NCBI GenBank assembly: GCA_938004185.1
Contig: CALKWN010000065.1
Coordinates: forward strand, 315,111 to 379,110
Reading direction: 5' to 3'
Source: an uncultured candidate division WWE3 bacterium
GTDB taxonomy: Bacteria; Patescibacteriota; WWE3; UBA101185; UBA10185
DNA length: 64,000 nucleotides
Both the position numbers and the translations under genes were made by a program. Below, in pieces: positions 45,394-54,520 of this stretch. How positions within the stretch are numbered: the first letter of the stretch is position 1; each line of letters opens with the position of its first letter. Below the pieces are notes generated by a model. It did no database searches. It was not told the DNA's origin and saw nothing but the letters and a program-made list of their open reading frames with translations.

Positions 45394-48300
45394 TTACGTT
45401 TTTTTGACGAACCGGTTCCCGCCAAGTTTTTATAATAGTCTCTAAGTGCCTCGGAAGTATATGAAGTTTTGTGGTCTTTTAATTCATCCAAGGATCCTGC
45501 GAAAATTACTTCTCCTCCCGCGTCGCCCCCATCGGGACCGAGGTCGATAACATAATCGCAATTTGAAATAACGTCTAGATTGTGCTCGATAACAACAACC
45601 GTATTTCCTCTGGATGTCAGTCTTTTAAAAATAGCAATAAGGTTTTCAAGATCTGCAAAATGCAGGCCTGTTGTAGGCTCGTCCAGTATATAAAAGGTAC
45701 TTCCTGTGGCCCGTTTTGAAAGCTCTAAAGCCAATTTAACACGCTGAGCCTCTCCTCCGGATAAAGTAGGGGCGGGCTGACCGAGTTTTATATACCCCAA
45801 ACCCACATCGTATAAGGTTTCGATTCGGCGTCTGATCTGAGGAATATTTTCAAAAAACGAAAGAGCTTCTCCTACAGTCATATCCAAAACGTCGGCAATA
45901 TTTTTGCCTTTATAAAAAATTTCCAAAGCTTCTCTGTTGTATCTTTTTCCCTGACAAACTTCACAGTTAACATAAACGTCCGGCATAAATTGCATTTCTA
46001 TCTTTATCTGTCCCTCACCTCCGCAAGCCTCGCATCTTCCACCCTTAACATTAAAGCTAAACCGACCGGGACTGTATCCCCTAATCTTAGCCTCTTGAGT
46101 TTTTGAGAAAAGATCTCTTATGTGGTCAAATACTTTTGTGTAGGTAGCGGGATTGGACTTAGGCGTCCTACCAATAGGACTCTGATCGATGGCAATAATA
46201 TTTGTCAAATTCTCAGCGCCTTCCAAGGACTTAAAAGGTTCCGGCTTTTGTTCAAGCTTCATACCAAAATTCTGGCGAAGACCTTGGTATAAGGTATCCA
46301 TAATTAGTGTGGATTTGCCTGACCCTGAAACACCTGTAACACAAATGAATTTTCCCAGAGGAACAGAAACATTTATTTTTTTTAAATTTCTTCCTGAAGC
46401 CCCTTTTAATTCGAGTTTTTTGCCGTTGATAGCTTTGGGTTCTCTTAAACCACCTTCTAAATCGGTGAATATGTCCTTTTTATTGTTTTTGCCTACAACC
46501 AGCTTTCCGGAAAGATATTTTCCGGTAAGAGAGTTCGGGTTGTTCATTATTTCTTCAGGAGATCCCTCAGCTACGACCTTTCCGCCTTCCTCTCCGGCGC
46601 CGGGACCGAAATCGAATATATAGTCACTTTTAAACATAGTTTCGGAATCGTGCTCAACAACTAAAACCGTATTTCCCAGGTCGCGAAGTTGGTGAAGAGT
46701 TCTTATAAGTTTACCCTGATCTTTTTGATGCAGTCCTATAGAAGGTTCATCTAAAACGTAAAGGACGCCCGACAAACCGGAGCCAATTTGAGACGCGAGC
46801 CTAATTCTCTGTGCTTCTCCACCCGAAAGTTGCGAAGAGGAACGTGATAGCGTCAGATAATCCAAACCTACGTCTTTTAGAAAGTTTAACCTGTAAGAAA
46901 TTTCTTTTAAGATATTTCCGGCAATTTTGTGCTCACGTTCCGTAAGCACAGTTTCAAGTTTTTTTACCCACTCAACGGTGTCCTTAATTGAAAGAGAAGT
47001 TATTTCGGTAATATTTTTTGAGTCTATTACTACGGATAAAGATTCTTTTTTTAAGCGTGACCCGCCGCATAAAGGACAATTTTCGTTAATCATGTATTTT
47101 TCAATTTCATTTCTTATGTACTCGGATTGGGTTTCTTTATGTCTTCTCATTAGGTTAGGTATAACGCCTTCGTAAGCTGCATCGTAAGAATGCTCTCCGC
47201 CGTGCTGAGTCTTGTAAGTTACTCTGAATCTTTTTCCTTCTACTCCGTATAAAAGAATGTTTTTTGCTTCTTTAGACAAATCTGTTATGGGAACATCAAG
47301 CGAAAATTTATACACTTCGGCGACTTTTTTTACAACATTTCTTGTCCATGTTTGATGCTCGAAAAGCCGTTGCCACGGCAAAATACCGCCTTCGGCAACC
47401 GATAACCTGGGGTTGACCACAGCATCCTCGTTTACTCTCAGCTGAGTTCCCAAACCGTCACAAACAGGACATGCGCCGTGAGGTGAGTTGAAAGAAAAAG
47501 TCCTTGGTTCTATTTCCGGCAATGAGATATTACAGACAGGACACGCGAAATTTTCTGAGAGAAGATGATCTTCGGTGTCTTGAGGGTTCTCAGGAAAATC
47601 AAAGCTTTTGTCTTTTATTATTGTTAAGATCACAGTTCCATTGCTCAAGCGAAGAGCTGTTTCTACCGATTGAAATAATTCGGAAAAAGTTTGTTTAGCT
47701 TCCGGGCTGTCGCCGGTCTTTTTACTGTTTACCGAATGCCTCGAAATCATCGCATCTATCGAATGCTTATTTGTCTTTATCAATTCAAATTTTTCTTTAA
47801 GACTCATTATGTTTCCATCCACACGGGCTCTAATAATTCCTTGCTTCCTCAAATTTTCGAAAAGTGATGAATACTCCCCTTTCCTGTCTTTTACTATCGG
47901 AGAAAAAATAAAAAACCTTACACCTTTTTCTGACTTAAAATCCTTGTTCTCGGAAGCAATTTTTATGATCGACTGCGTAATTTCAGTAGAACTCTGTCTT
48001 TGAATCTCTCTTCCGCATTCAGGACAGTGAGGATGACCTACTCTTGCAAAAAGCAATCTTAGATAATCGTAAATTTCCGTTATTGTTCCGACTGTAGATC
48101 TTGGGTTTTTAGAGGTTGTTTTCTGGTCAATTGCTATTGCGGGAGAAAGACCGTCAATTCTATCGACATCGGGCTTGTCCATAACTCCTAAAAATTGTCG
48201 CGCATAGGCCGATAAACTCTCCACGTATCTTCTTTGACCTTCCGCATATATTGTATCCATGGCCAAAGATGACTTACCGGATCCTGATACACCGGTTAGG

Positions 48301-48398
48301 ACAACCATCTTATTTTTCGGAATATCCAGATTTATATCTTTGAGGTTATGCTGTCTGGCTCCTCTAATTATGATGTGGGAAAGAGACGTATTTTCCAT
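45390..48398 (-). CDS. uvrA: Excinuclease ABC subunit A
   Basis: Two GVSGSGKS Walker A motifs, EGQRRYVES, two LSGGEAQR, zinc fingers. Confidence 0.98.
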   Translation of the reverse strand: MENTSLSHIIIRGARQHNLKDINLDIPKNKMVVLTGVSGSGKSSLAMDTIYAEGQRRYVESLSAYARQFLGVMDKPDVDRIDGLSPAIAIDQKTTSKNPRSTVGTITEIYDYLRLLFARVGHPHCPECGREIQRQSSTEITQSIIKIASENKDFKSEKGVRFFIFSPIVKDRKGEYSSLFENLRKQGIIRARVDGNIMSLKEKFELIKTNKHSIDAMISRHSVNSKKTGDSPEAKQTFSELFQSVETALRLSNGTVILTIIKDKSFDFPENPQDTEDHLLSENFACPVCNISLPEIEPRTFSFNSPHGACPVCDGLGTQLRVNEDAVVNPRLSVAEGGILPWQRLFEHQTWTRNVVKKVAEVYKFSLDVPITDLSKEAKNILLYGVEGKRFRVTYKTQHGGEHSYDAAYEGVIPNLMRRHKETQSEYIRNEIEKYMINENCPLCGGSRLKKESLSVVIDSKNITEITSLSIKDTVEWVKKLETVLTEREHKIAGNILKEISYRLNFLKDVGLDYLTLSRSSSQLSGGEAQRIRLASQIGSGLSGVLYVLDEPSIGLHQKDQGKLIRTLHQLRDLGNTVLVVEHDSETMFKSDYIFDFGPGAGEEGGKVVAEGSPEEIMNNPNSLTGKYLSGKLVVGKNNKKDIFTDLEGGLREPKAINGKKLELKGASGRNLKKINVSVPLGKFICVTGVSGSGKSTLIMDTLYQGLRQNFGMKLEQKPEPFKSLEGAENLTNIIAIDQSPIGRTPKSNPATYTKVFDHIRDLFSKTQEAKIRGYSPGRFSFNVKGGRCEACGGEGQIKIEMQFMPDVYVNCEVCQGKRYNREALEIFYKGKNIADVLDMTVGEALSFFENIPQIRRRIETLYDVGLGYIKLGQPAPTLSGGEAQRVKLALELSKRATGSTFYILDEPTTGLHFADLENLIAIFKRLTSRGNTVVVIEHNLDVISNCDYVIDLGPDGGDAGGEVIFAGSLDELKDHKTSYTSEALRDYYKNLAGTGSSKKRN

Positions 48399-48411
48399 AA
48401 CCAGATGATTT

Positions 48412-48427
48412 TACGGGAAAAGTTCGG
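48412..48427. promoter_or_regulatory. Putative LexA box upstream of uvrA
   Basis: TACGG-N6-TTCGG direct repeat abutting the -10 element. Confidence 0.65.
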
Positions 48428-48440
48428 GTTTGTGAAGACC

Positions 48441-50663
48441 TCAATCATTCTCTACTTCATCTTTTTTATCGATGGAAGGACACAAACTCTTAGGAACATT
48501 AGAACCCTTCACAAACACCTCCGACCTACCACAACTCTCATCTGTTTTAACAAAAACACCCGAGGGGACTTCAAACAAATCCTTTTCCTTATCGAGCAAA
48601 ACTTCAGACATTATGCGGTTCCAAATAGGAGCGGCCCCGGTTAATCCTGAAGCCATGTACCTGTTCATGGGTGTGTTGTCATTATTTCCCACCCAAACTC
48701 CGACAACGTAGGAAGGGGTGTAACCCAACGTCCAATTGTCCTTTATTAAATTTGTCGTGCCTGTTTTAACTGCGACATTATGCCCGGGAATTGTTAAATA
48801 ATTTCTTGTTCCAAACGCCGGCAGTCTTGCGTTGGCATCAGATAAAATGTTTGAAATTATGTAAGAAACTTCTTCGGATATCACCTGTTTGGGATAAAGC
48901 TGTCTTTTGGAAAAAATTTCGTATCCCCTGCCGTCTCTGATTGATAATATATAGGACGGTTCGGCATAAGCTCCCTTTCTAGAAAGAGTCGCGTAAACAT
49001 TCGCTAAATCCAACAACCTTACCTCTTTGCCTCCTAAAGTTACAGCCAGACCGTAAGTTCCGTCCACCTCCCAATTTGTAAGACCCATGTCCTTACCGAG
49101 AGAAACTATGTTGTCCGGCCCGACCTCGTTGGCCACTTTAACCGCAGGTATATTGTAGGAATTTGCTAAAGCTGCTCTTAAAGTTACATTGCCGTGATAC
49201 CTACCATCGTAATTTACAGGTTTGTATGGATCGGATCCCGCAAAATTATACACAACCGGGGAATCGTTAATCATCGTAGCTGCCGTAAAATCACCGGCTA
49301 AAGCCAATGAATAAGTCACGGGCTTGATAGAAGAACCCGGTTGTCTTAACGAGGTAACAACATCAAAGGCTCCCCAGACCGGCGCAAAATAATTGGAAGA
49401 ACCAACATAAGCCAGTATTTCAGCGTTCTTAACATCCAAAACAACAGCTGCACCGTTTGAGAACCCATATACTGCCCCCTTTTGAACCTCATCAAAGACT
49501 ATTTCCTCTGCCTTTTGCTGTAAAGAATAATCAAGAGAAGTGGTAACTCTTAGCCCTCCCCTATTCACAAAATTGCTACCATACATATCTTCCAGTTTTT
49601 TTCTAACAAAATTAACAAAGTGGGGAGCTGCTATGTAGTCTTTTTGGGGAACGAAAATTATATTTTCGACATAAGCCTCCTCTGCCTGCTCTTTATCTAT
49701 GTAATTAAGCAAGATCATTCTATCTAAAACATACTTCTGTCTTTCTTTTGCAATTTCCAAATCATTAAGCGGGGAGTAACGTGATGGTGAGGATGGCAGT
49801 CCCGCTAACATGGAGCTTTCCGCCAAATCCAGCTCCCAGACATTTTTTCCGTAATATTTTTGAGCTGCCGATTGAACTCCCCAGGCGTTTCCTCCGTACG
49901 CGATGTTGTTTAGATACATTTCCAGAATTTCTTCTTTCGAATATTTTGCTTCAACCATCACGGACAAAACCGCCTCTTTAATTTTCCTAGAAAAAGTTCG
50001 CTCGGGAGTCAAAAGCACATTTTTTACAAGCTGCTGTGTGATAGTGGACCCACCCTGCTTGTCTCCATTTAGAAATGTTTTTCTGAATGCTCTTAGAATG
50101 CTATCGGGACGTAATCCTCCGTGAAGATAAAACAAAGAATCCTCGACCGCTATAGTTGCGTTTATCAAGTTATCGGGAATTTTGTTCAACTCGACAGGCT
50201 CATACTTTTTATCGGCGTATATTTCATAAAGTAAGACACCGTTCCTGTCCAAAATCTTTGTAGAACCGTATTTTTCCGCCATCACAAGCATATCGGGGCT
50301 CGGTAGTTCTCTAAACCAAGTGTGGACCATGTAAGGTATAAGAATTAAAACTACGGCAAATACTAGGCCTGCAACAAATAACCTAAATTCCTTTAAAAGA
50401 ATTTTTACTCTGCTTAAAAAATACAGCGGGATGTTTAAACAACTTTTTATGGCTTCGATAGGAAATGAAACATTAAGTCTCTTCTTAATTTTTTGCGGCT
50501 TATTTTTACGTCTCACCTTTCCCTTATTTATAAAGGCGTTTATCTTGCTGTTTAATTTTTTAGCCTGTCGGAATAGACCGTCGTAGATAGAAAGTATGAG
50601 GTAGCCGATTTTTTTAAGAAGTTTAATGAATAATTCCCAAATTTTGATTGGAATATTTAGCAT
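48441..50663 (-). CDS. Class A penicillin-binding protein (PBP1A family)
   Basis: GT motifs EDSLFYLHGG, GGSTITQQL, RKIKE; TP motifs SSIK, SYN, KTG. Confidence 0.95.
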   Translation of the reverse strand: MLNIPIKIWELFIKLLKKIGYLILSIYDGLFRQAKKLNSKINAFINKGKVRRKNKPQKIKKRLNVSFPIEAIKSCLNIPLYFLSRVKILLKEFRLFVAGLVFAVVLILIPYMVHTWFRELPSPDMLVMAEKYGSTKILDRNGVLLYEIYADKKYEPVELNKIPDNLINATIAVEDSLFYLHGGLRPDSILRAFRKTFLNGDKQGGSTITQQLVKNVLLTPERTFSRKIKEAVLSVMVEAKYSKEEILEMYLNNIAYGGNAWGVQSAAQKYYGKNVWELDLAESSMLAGLPSSPSRYSPLNDLEIAKERQKYVLDRMILLNYIDKEQAEEAYVENIIFVPQKDYIAAPHFVNFVRKKLEDMYGSNFVNRGGLRVTTSLDYSLQQKAEEIVFDEVQKGAVYGFSNGAAVVLDVKNAEILAYVGSSNYFAPVWGAFDVVTSLRQPGSSIKPVTYSLALAGDFTAATMINDSPVVYNFAGSDPYKPVNYDGRYHGNVTLRAALANSYNIPAVKVANEVGPDNIVSLGKDMGLTNWEVDGTYGLAVTLGGKEVRLLDLANVYATLSRKGAYAEPSYILSIRDGRGYEIFSKRQLYPKQVISEEVSYIISNILSDANARLPAFGTRNYLTIPGHNVAVKTGTTNLIKDNWTLGYTPSYVVGVWVGNNDNTPMNRYMASGLTGAAPIWNRIMSEVLLDKEKDLFEVPSGVFVKTDESCGRSEVFVKGSNVPKSLCPSIDKKDEVEND

Positions 50664-50713
50664 CTATTTAATCGGATTTTAATTTAAGGTTGGGGGTAGG
50701 TCAATGAATATTT

Positions 50714-52711
50714 CTAGTTAAGCATCTTTTTCATCTCTCTTACTCTATCGCGTAAAACGGCAGCTCTTTCAAAATTCAGCATTTCAGCTTCGTATAACAT
50801 TTCCTTTTCAATATTTTTAATTTCCCTGCTAAGTTCTTTGGGAGGCAACTGTCTGTAATCAACTTCTTTTCCTAAAGATTTCCCGCTTTTCTTACTCTGA
50901 AGTGTTTCTTCAAGTTCTTGGTCAATGAGTTTTTCGCGTATAGGTTTGGATATTTTTTGAGGTTTAACATTATTTTTTTCGTTGTATTCCAATTGTATTT
51001 GACGCCTTCTCTCAACCTCATGTATGGCTCTTTTCATGCTGCCGGTCATATTATCCGCATACATCAATACTTCACCGGATATGTGACGCGCCGCTCTCCC
51101 CATTGTCTGAATAAGCGAAGTTTCCGACCTTAAAAATCCTTCTTTATCTGCGTCCAGAATAGCAACCAAAGACACTTCGGGTAAATCTAAACCCTCTCTT
51201 AACAAGTTGATCCCCACCAAAACGTCGTATTTACCGTTACGCAGGTTATCCAAAATGTCGGTTCTCTCCAAAGTATGTACATCTGAATGCAGGTAGGTGA
51301 CTTTTATCCCTTTTTCAAGCAAATATTCCGACATTTCCTCTGCCATTCTTTTCGTCAATGTGGTTACTAAAACTCTTTCTTTTCTCTCGATCCTATCTTT
51401 AACTTTTTCAAGTAAATCCTCGATCTGATTTTTTGTCGGCAGAACGGTCACTTTCGGATCCACAATTCCGGTTGGACGTATAAGTATTTCTGCGGAAGTG
51501 CCGTCCGATCTATCCAGCTCCCATTGGTCGGGGGTGGCGCTTACATAAATTGTCTGATTAACCCTTTCTAAAAATTCGTCGAAATTAAGAGGTCTGTTAT
51601 CCATAGCGGAAGGGAGTCTGAAACCGTAATCCACTAAGACCTGCTTTCTTGATCTGTCTCCGTTGTACATTCCCCTGATTTGAGGAACAGTTATGTGAGA
51701 TTCGTCTATGATTAATAAATAATCCTTGGGAAAATATTCCAGTAAGGCGTGGGGGGCATCTCCCGGGTTTCTTCCGTCAAAATATCTCGAATAGTTTTCT
51801 ATTCCTTTGCAGTAGCCTAACTCTTTTATCATCTCAAGATCATAATTGGTTCTTTGCTCTAATCTGTAAGCTTCTAGTTGTTTTCCGGTTTTTTTCAACT
51901 CTTTAAGACGTATTTCGAGGTCGGTTTCTATTTGCTTCAAAGCAACCTGACGGGTTTCTTCGGGAGCTACGTAGTGTTTCGCAGGATAAACTACGGCTAG
52001 ATCCGAGTAAGGCTTGGTTATGTAATTTCCGGTAAGGGGTTCAAAAAAATTCATATCAACTAAAACATCATCCGATATTTCCAGTCTCAACCCTTCGTCC
52101 TCGTAAGCCAGATACACATCAATAACATCTCCGGTTACTCTGAAGGTTCCTCTATGAAAATCATATTCTGAACGCTCGTAGTAAATCTGAGATAATCTTT
52201 TTAAAAGGTCGGATTTTCGAATTTTCATACCCGTCCTAAGCTCCAGGGCAACTTTTGAATATTCTGCCGGACTTCCTAGGTTGTATATGCAGGAAACCGA
52301 TGATACAACTATGACGTCCTTTCTAGTCATTAAAGATGTTGTGGCTGAAAGTCTTAACTTATCGATCTTTTCGTTAATCGCGGAATCTTTTTCAATGTAA
52401 GTATCGGTTGAGGGTATATAACTTTCGGGCTGGTAATAATCGTAATAGCTCACAAAATACTCAACCGCATTTTCGGGAAAAAAGTCCCTGAATTCCTGAT
52501 ACAGCTGTGCCGCCAACGTTTTATTGTGAGAAATTACTAAAGTAGGCTTTTGTACTTTTTCAATAACGTTCGCAACAGCAAATGTTTTTCCGCTTCCTGT
52601 CACGCCCAACAGAACCTGATCTTTTTTTCCAGATTCCAGTCCTAAAGTTAATTTATTGATAGCGTCAGGCTGATCACCCGTCGGTTTAAATGGAGAAACA
52701 AGCTTAAACAT
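50714..52711 (-). CDS. uvrB: Excinuclease ABC subunit B (start set at ATG 52711)
   Basis: GVTGSGKT, FVSYYDYYQPE, DESH, GINLLREGLD, GRAAR. Confidence 0.98.
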   Translation of the reverse strand: MFKLVSPFKPTGDQPDAINKLTLGLESGKKDQVLLGVTGSGKTFAVANVIEKVQKPTLVISHNKTLAAQLYQEFRDFFPENAVEYFVSYYDYYQPESYIPSTDTYIEKDSAINEKIDKLRLSATTSLMTRKDVIVVSSVSCIYNLGSPAEYSKVALELRTGMKIRKSDLLKRLSQIYYERSEYDFHRGTFRVTGDVIDVYLAYEDEGLRLEISDDVLVDMNFFEPLTGNYITKPYSDLAVVYPAKHYVAPEETRQVALKQIETDLEIRLKELKKTGKQLEAYRLEQRTNYDLEMIKELGYCKGIENYSRYFDGRNPGDAPHALLEYFPKDYLLIIDESHITVPQIRGMYNGDRSRKQVLVDYGFRLPSAMDNRPLNFDEFLERVNQTIYVSATPDQWELDRSDGTSAEILIRPTGIVDPKVTVLPTKNQIEDLLEKVKDRIERKERVLVTTLTKRMAEEMSEYLLEKGIKVTYLHSDVHTLERTDILDNLRNGKYDVLVGINLLREGLDLPEVSLVAILDADKEGFLRSETSLIQTMGRAARHISGEVLMYADNMTGSMKRAIHEVERRRQIQLEYNEKNNVKPQKISKPIREKLIDQELEETLQSKKSGKSLGKEVDYRQLPPKELSREIKNIEKEMLYEAEMLNFERAAVLRDRVREMKKMLN

Positions 52712-52732
52712 CAAAAATGATTTTAACACAAT

Positions 52733-52748
52733 TTTGGGTTTTGTTTGG
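52733..52748. promoter_or_regulatory. Putative LexA box upstream of uvrB
   Basis: TTTGG-N6-TTTGG direct repeat in the promoter. Confidence 0.55.
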
Positions 52749-52755
52749 ATAATAG

Positions 52756-52783
52756 TTGCATTAATTTTTTAATTGAATATAAT
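52756..52783 (+). promoter_or_regulatory. Promoter of the candidate ncRNA
   Basis: TTGCAT-16 bp-TATAAT. Confidence 0.65.
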
Positions 52784-52787
52784 TTGT

Positions 52788-53083
52788 GCTGATCCCGAAA
52801 GGGGAGACGGAGATTTCGCCGAAAGGCGACATAGCGGGGAAAAAATAAACCCCAAGTTGCATGAGACGGGAATGTTCTTGACGCAGGATATGTTTAACAA
52901 AGCGCATTAAAAATTTGTGCTTCCAACTATCCTCTGAGCAGCGCGTCAGGATTTCCTTCATGCTTTTGAAACTAAATACATCTGCCGGGTTAAACCCTCC
53001 TTTTTATTGTGAAACAGATCGGCGACCCCACCCAACCCGGCGACAAGAATGCCGTGATTCCTAAATAGTCTCACGGCATTTTT
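52788..53083 (+). ncRNA. Unassigned structured RNA of ~295 nt
   Basis: Promoter upstream, terminator at the end, two GAAA tetraloop hairpins, long G-U-containing rod, long-range helices. Confidence 0.65.
53048..53083 (+). terminator. Intrinsic terminator upstream of the lexA promoter
   Basis: Perfect 10-bp stem AATGCCGTGA/TCACGGCATT followed by TTT. Confidence 0.8.
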
Positions 53084-53088
53084 CCTTA

Positions 53089-53149
53089 TTGACATCTTCG
53101 TATAATATTCGGTAGTATGAACATGGTTAAAAACCAAAGAAAAACCGTA
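53089..53149 (+). promoter_or_regulatory. lexA promoter with two putative LexA boxes
   Basis: TTGACA-18-TAGTAT; TTCGT-N6-TTCGG (53097-53112) and CCAAA-N6-CCGTA (53134-53149). Confidence 0.7.
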
Positions 53150-53175
53150 AATAATTATAAGGAGATTTCTTTATT

Positions 53176-53811
53176 ATGAGCCCCGTAACCCTATACAAAA
53201 GGCAAAAACAAATTTTAGATTTTATTTCACAATATATTCAAGTAAACGGGCATTCTCCAACTCTTCAGGAAATTGCGGACTCCATGAATCTTTCCTCGCT
53301 TGCTACGGTACACGAACATATCCAGGCTCTCGAAAAGAAAGGTTTAATAAAGAAATATGAAGGTTCTGTAAGAGGCATAGAAATTCTGGATAAATCCTTT
53401 AACTCATCTTTAATGGCTGTCGAACTTCCTCTCGTAGGTTACATCGCTGCCGGTGAGCCTATAGAAGCTATAGAAAATTCTCTTGCTACAGTAACTGTCA
53501 GCGCAGACATAGTTTCAAAAACCAAAAGATGTTTTGTTTTACAGGTAAAAGGTGACTCGATGATAGATATGGGAATTTTCGACGGCGACCACGTTGTAAT
53601 ACAACAGCAAAATACAGCGAGAGATGGTCAGATAGTAGTCGCCCTAATAGATAACGAATTTGCGACATTAAAATCAATATTCCATGAGAAAAACGGTAAG
53701 ATAAGACTCCAACCGGCAAACACTAAAATGGATCCTATATTTGTAGATCCCGCAAGCCTTAGTATCCAGGGAGTTGTCACCGGAGTAATTAGAAGATTCC
53801 AAAACAACTAA
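53176..53811 (+). CDS. lexA: SOS repressor LexA
   Basis: wHTH SPTLQEIA...L.KKG; AAG cleavage site; GDSM Ser; TLK Lys. Confidence 0.96.
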   Translation: MSPVTLYKRQKQILDFISQYIQVNGHSPTLQEIADSMNLSSLATVHEHIQALEKKGLIKKYEGSVRGIEILDKSFNSSLMAVELPLVGYIAAGEPIEAIENSLATVTVSADIVSKTKRCFVLQVKGDSMIDMGIFDGDHVVIQQQNTARDGQIVVALIDNEFATLKSIFHEKNGKIRLQPANTKMDPIFVDPASLSIQGVVTGVIRRFQNN

Positions 53812-53832
53812 ATATCGGTGTCCATTCAAAAA

Positions 53833-54486
53833 TTATTCTGTCTTTGGCTTTGCTGAATTTCTTCTGCTCTTAATAAATTCAAAAATCATCGGCAAAACAG
53901 ATATAAAGATTATCGTTATAACTACCAGAGAAAAGTTGTCTTTCACAAAAGGTATATTTCCGAAAAAATATCCTGCGAATATAAACAAAGACACCCAAAC
54001 AAAACCCCCGACAATATTGTAGGTCATGAAATATTTGTATTTCATACCCCCGATACCCGCGACAAAAGGAGCAAACGTTCTGACTATGGGAACAAATCGT
54101 GCCAAAAATATTGTTTTACCCCCGTGTTTATTATAAAAAGCCTGAGTTTTCTCGATATGTTCTTTTTTTATAGGGACTCTTGGATTGCTAATAAGTTTCT
54201 GCCCAAAAAAATGCCCTATCCAGTAATTTGCCGTGTCTCCGAGAAAAGCGGCAAACCACAAAAGAAAAAACAGCAAAACTACATTAAAAGCACCCAGCGA
54301 AGCAAAAGCTCCGGCTGCAAACAAAAGAGAATCTCCCGGCAAAAAAGGGGTAAAAACAAAACCGGTTTCCATAAATACAATAAAAAAAAGTATAAGATAA
54401 GACGCCGTACCGTATTGGCTTATAATCTCACCCAAATGAGTATCTATGTGAAGTATAAAAGAAACGATTCCCATGATTAAATCCAT
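53833..54486 (-). CDS. dedA: DedA family membrane protein
   Basis: ETG..PFLPGDSLLF, GD..NY..G, ARFVPIVRTFAPFVAG. Confidence 0.95.
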   Translation of the reverse strand: MDLIMGIVSFILHIDTHLGEIISQYGTASYLILFFIVFMETGFVFTPFLPGDSLLFAAGAFASLGAFNVVLLFFLLWFAAFLGDTANYWIGHFFGQKLISNPRVPIKKEHIEKTQAFYNKHGGKTIFLARFVPIVRTFAPFVAGIGGMKYKYFMTYNIVGGFVWVSLFIFAGYFFGNIPFVKDNFSLVVITIIFISVLPMIFEFIKSRRNSAKPKTE

Positions 54487-54520
54487 TCCAAGATGATAGC
54501 ATTTATGATAGGATTTGAAA

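Noticed and set aside
52788-52860. Resemblance to c-di-AMP (GCUGA.UCC), glycine (GGAGA..CGCCGAA) or cobalamin riboswitch starts
   Set aside because: The downstream conserved elements of each family are absent by eye.
52761-52961. 66-aa minus-strand ORF, with an upstream AAGGAGG and the mini-ORF MYLVSKA*
   Set aside because: It has no recognisable motif and the SD spacing is poor. G-U pairs, GNRA loops, promoter and terminator all favour a + strand RNA. Not fully excluded.
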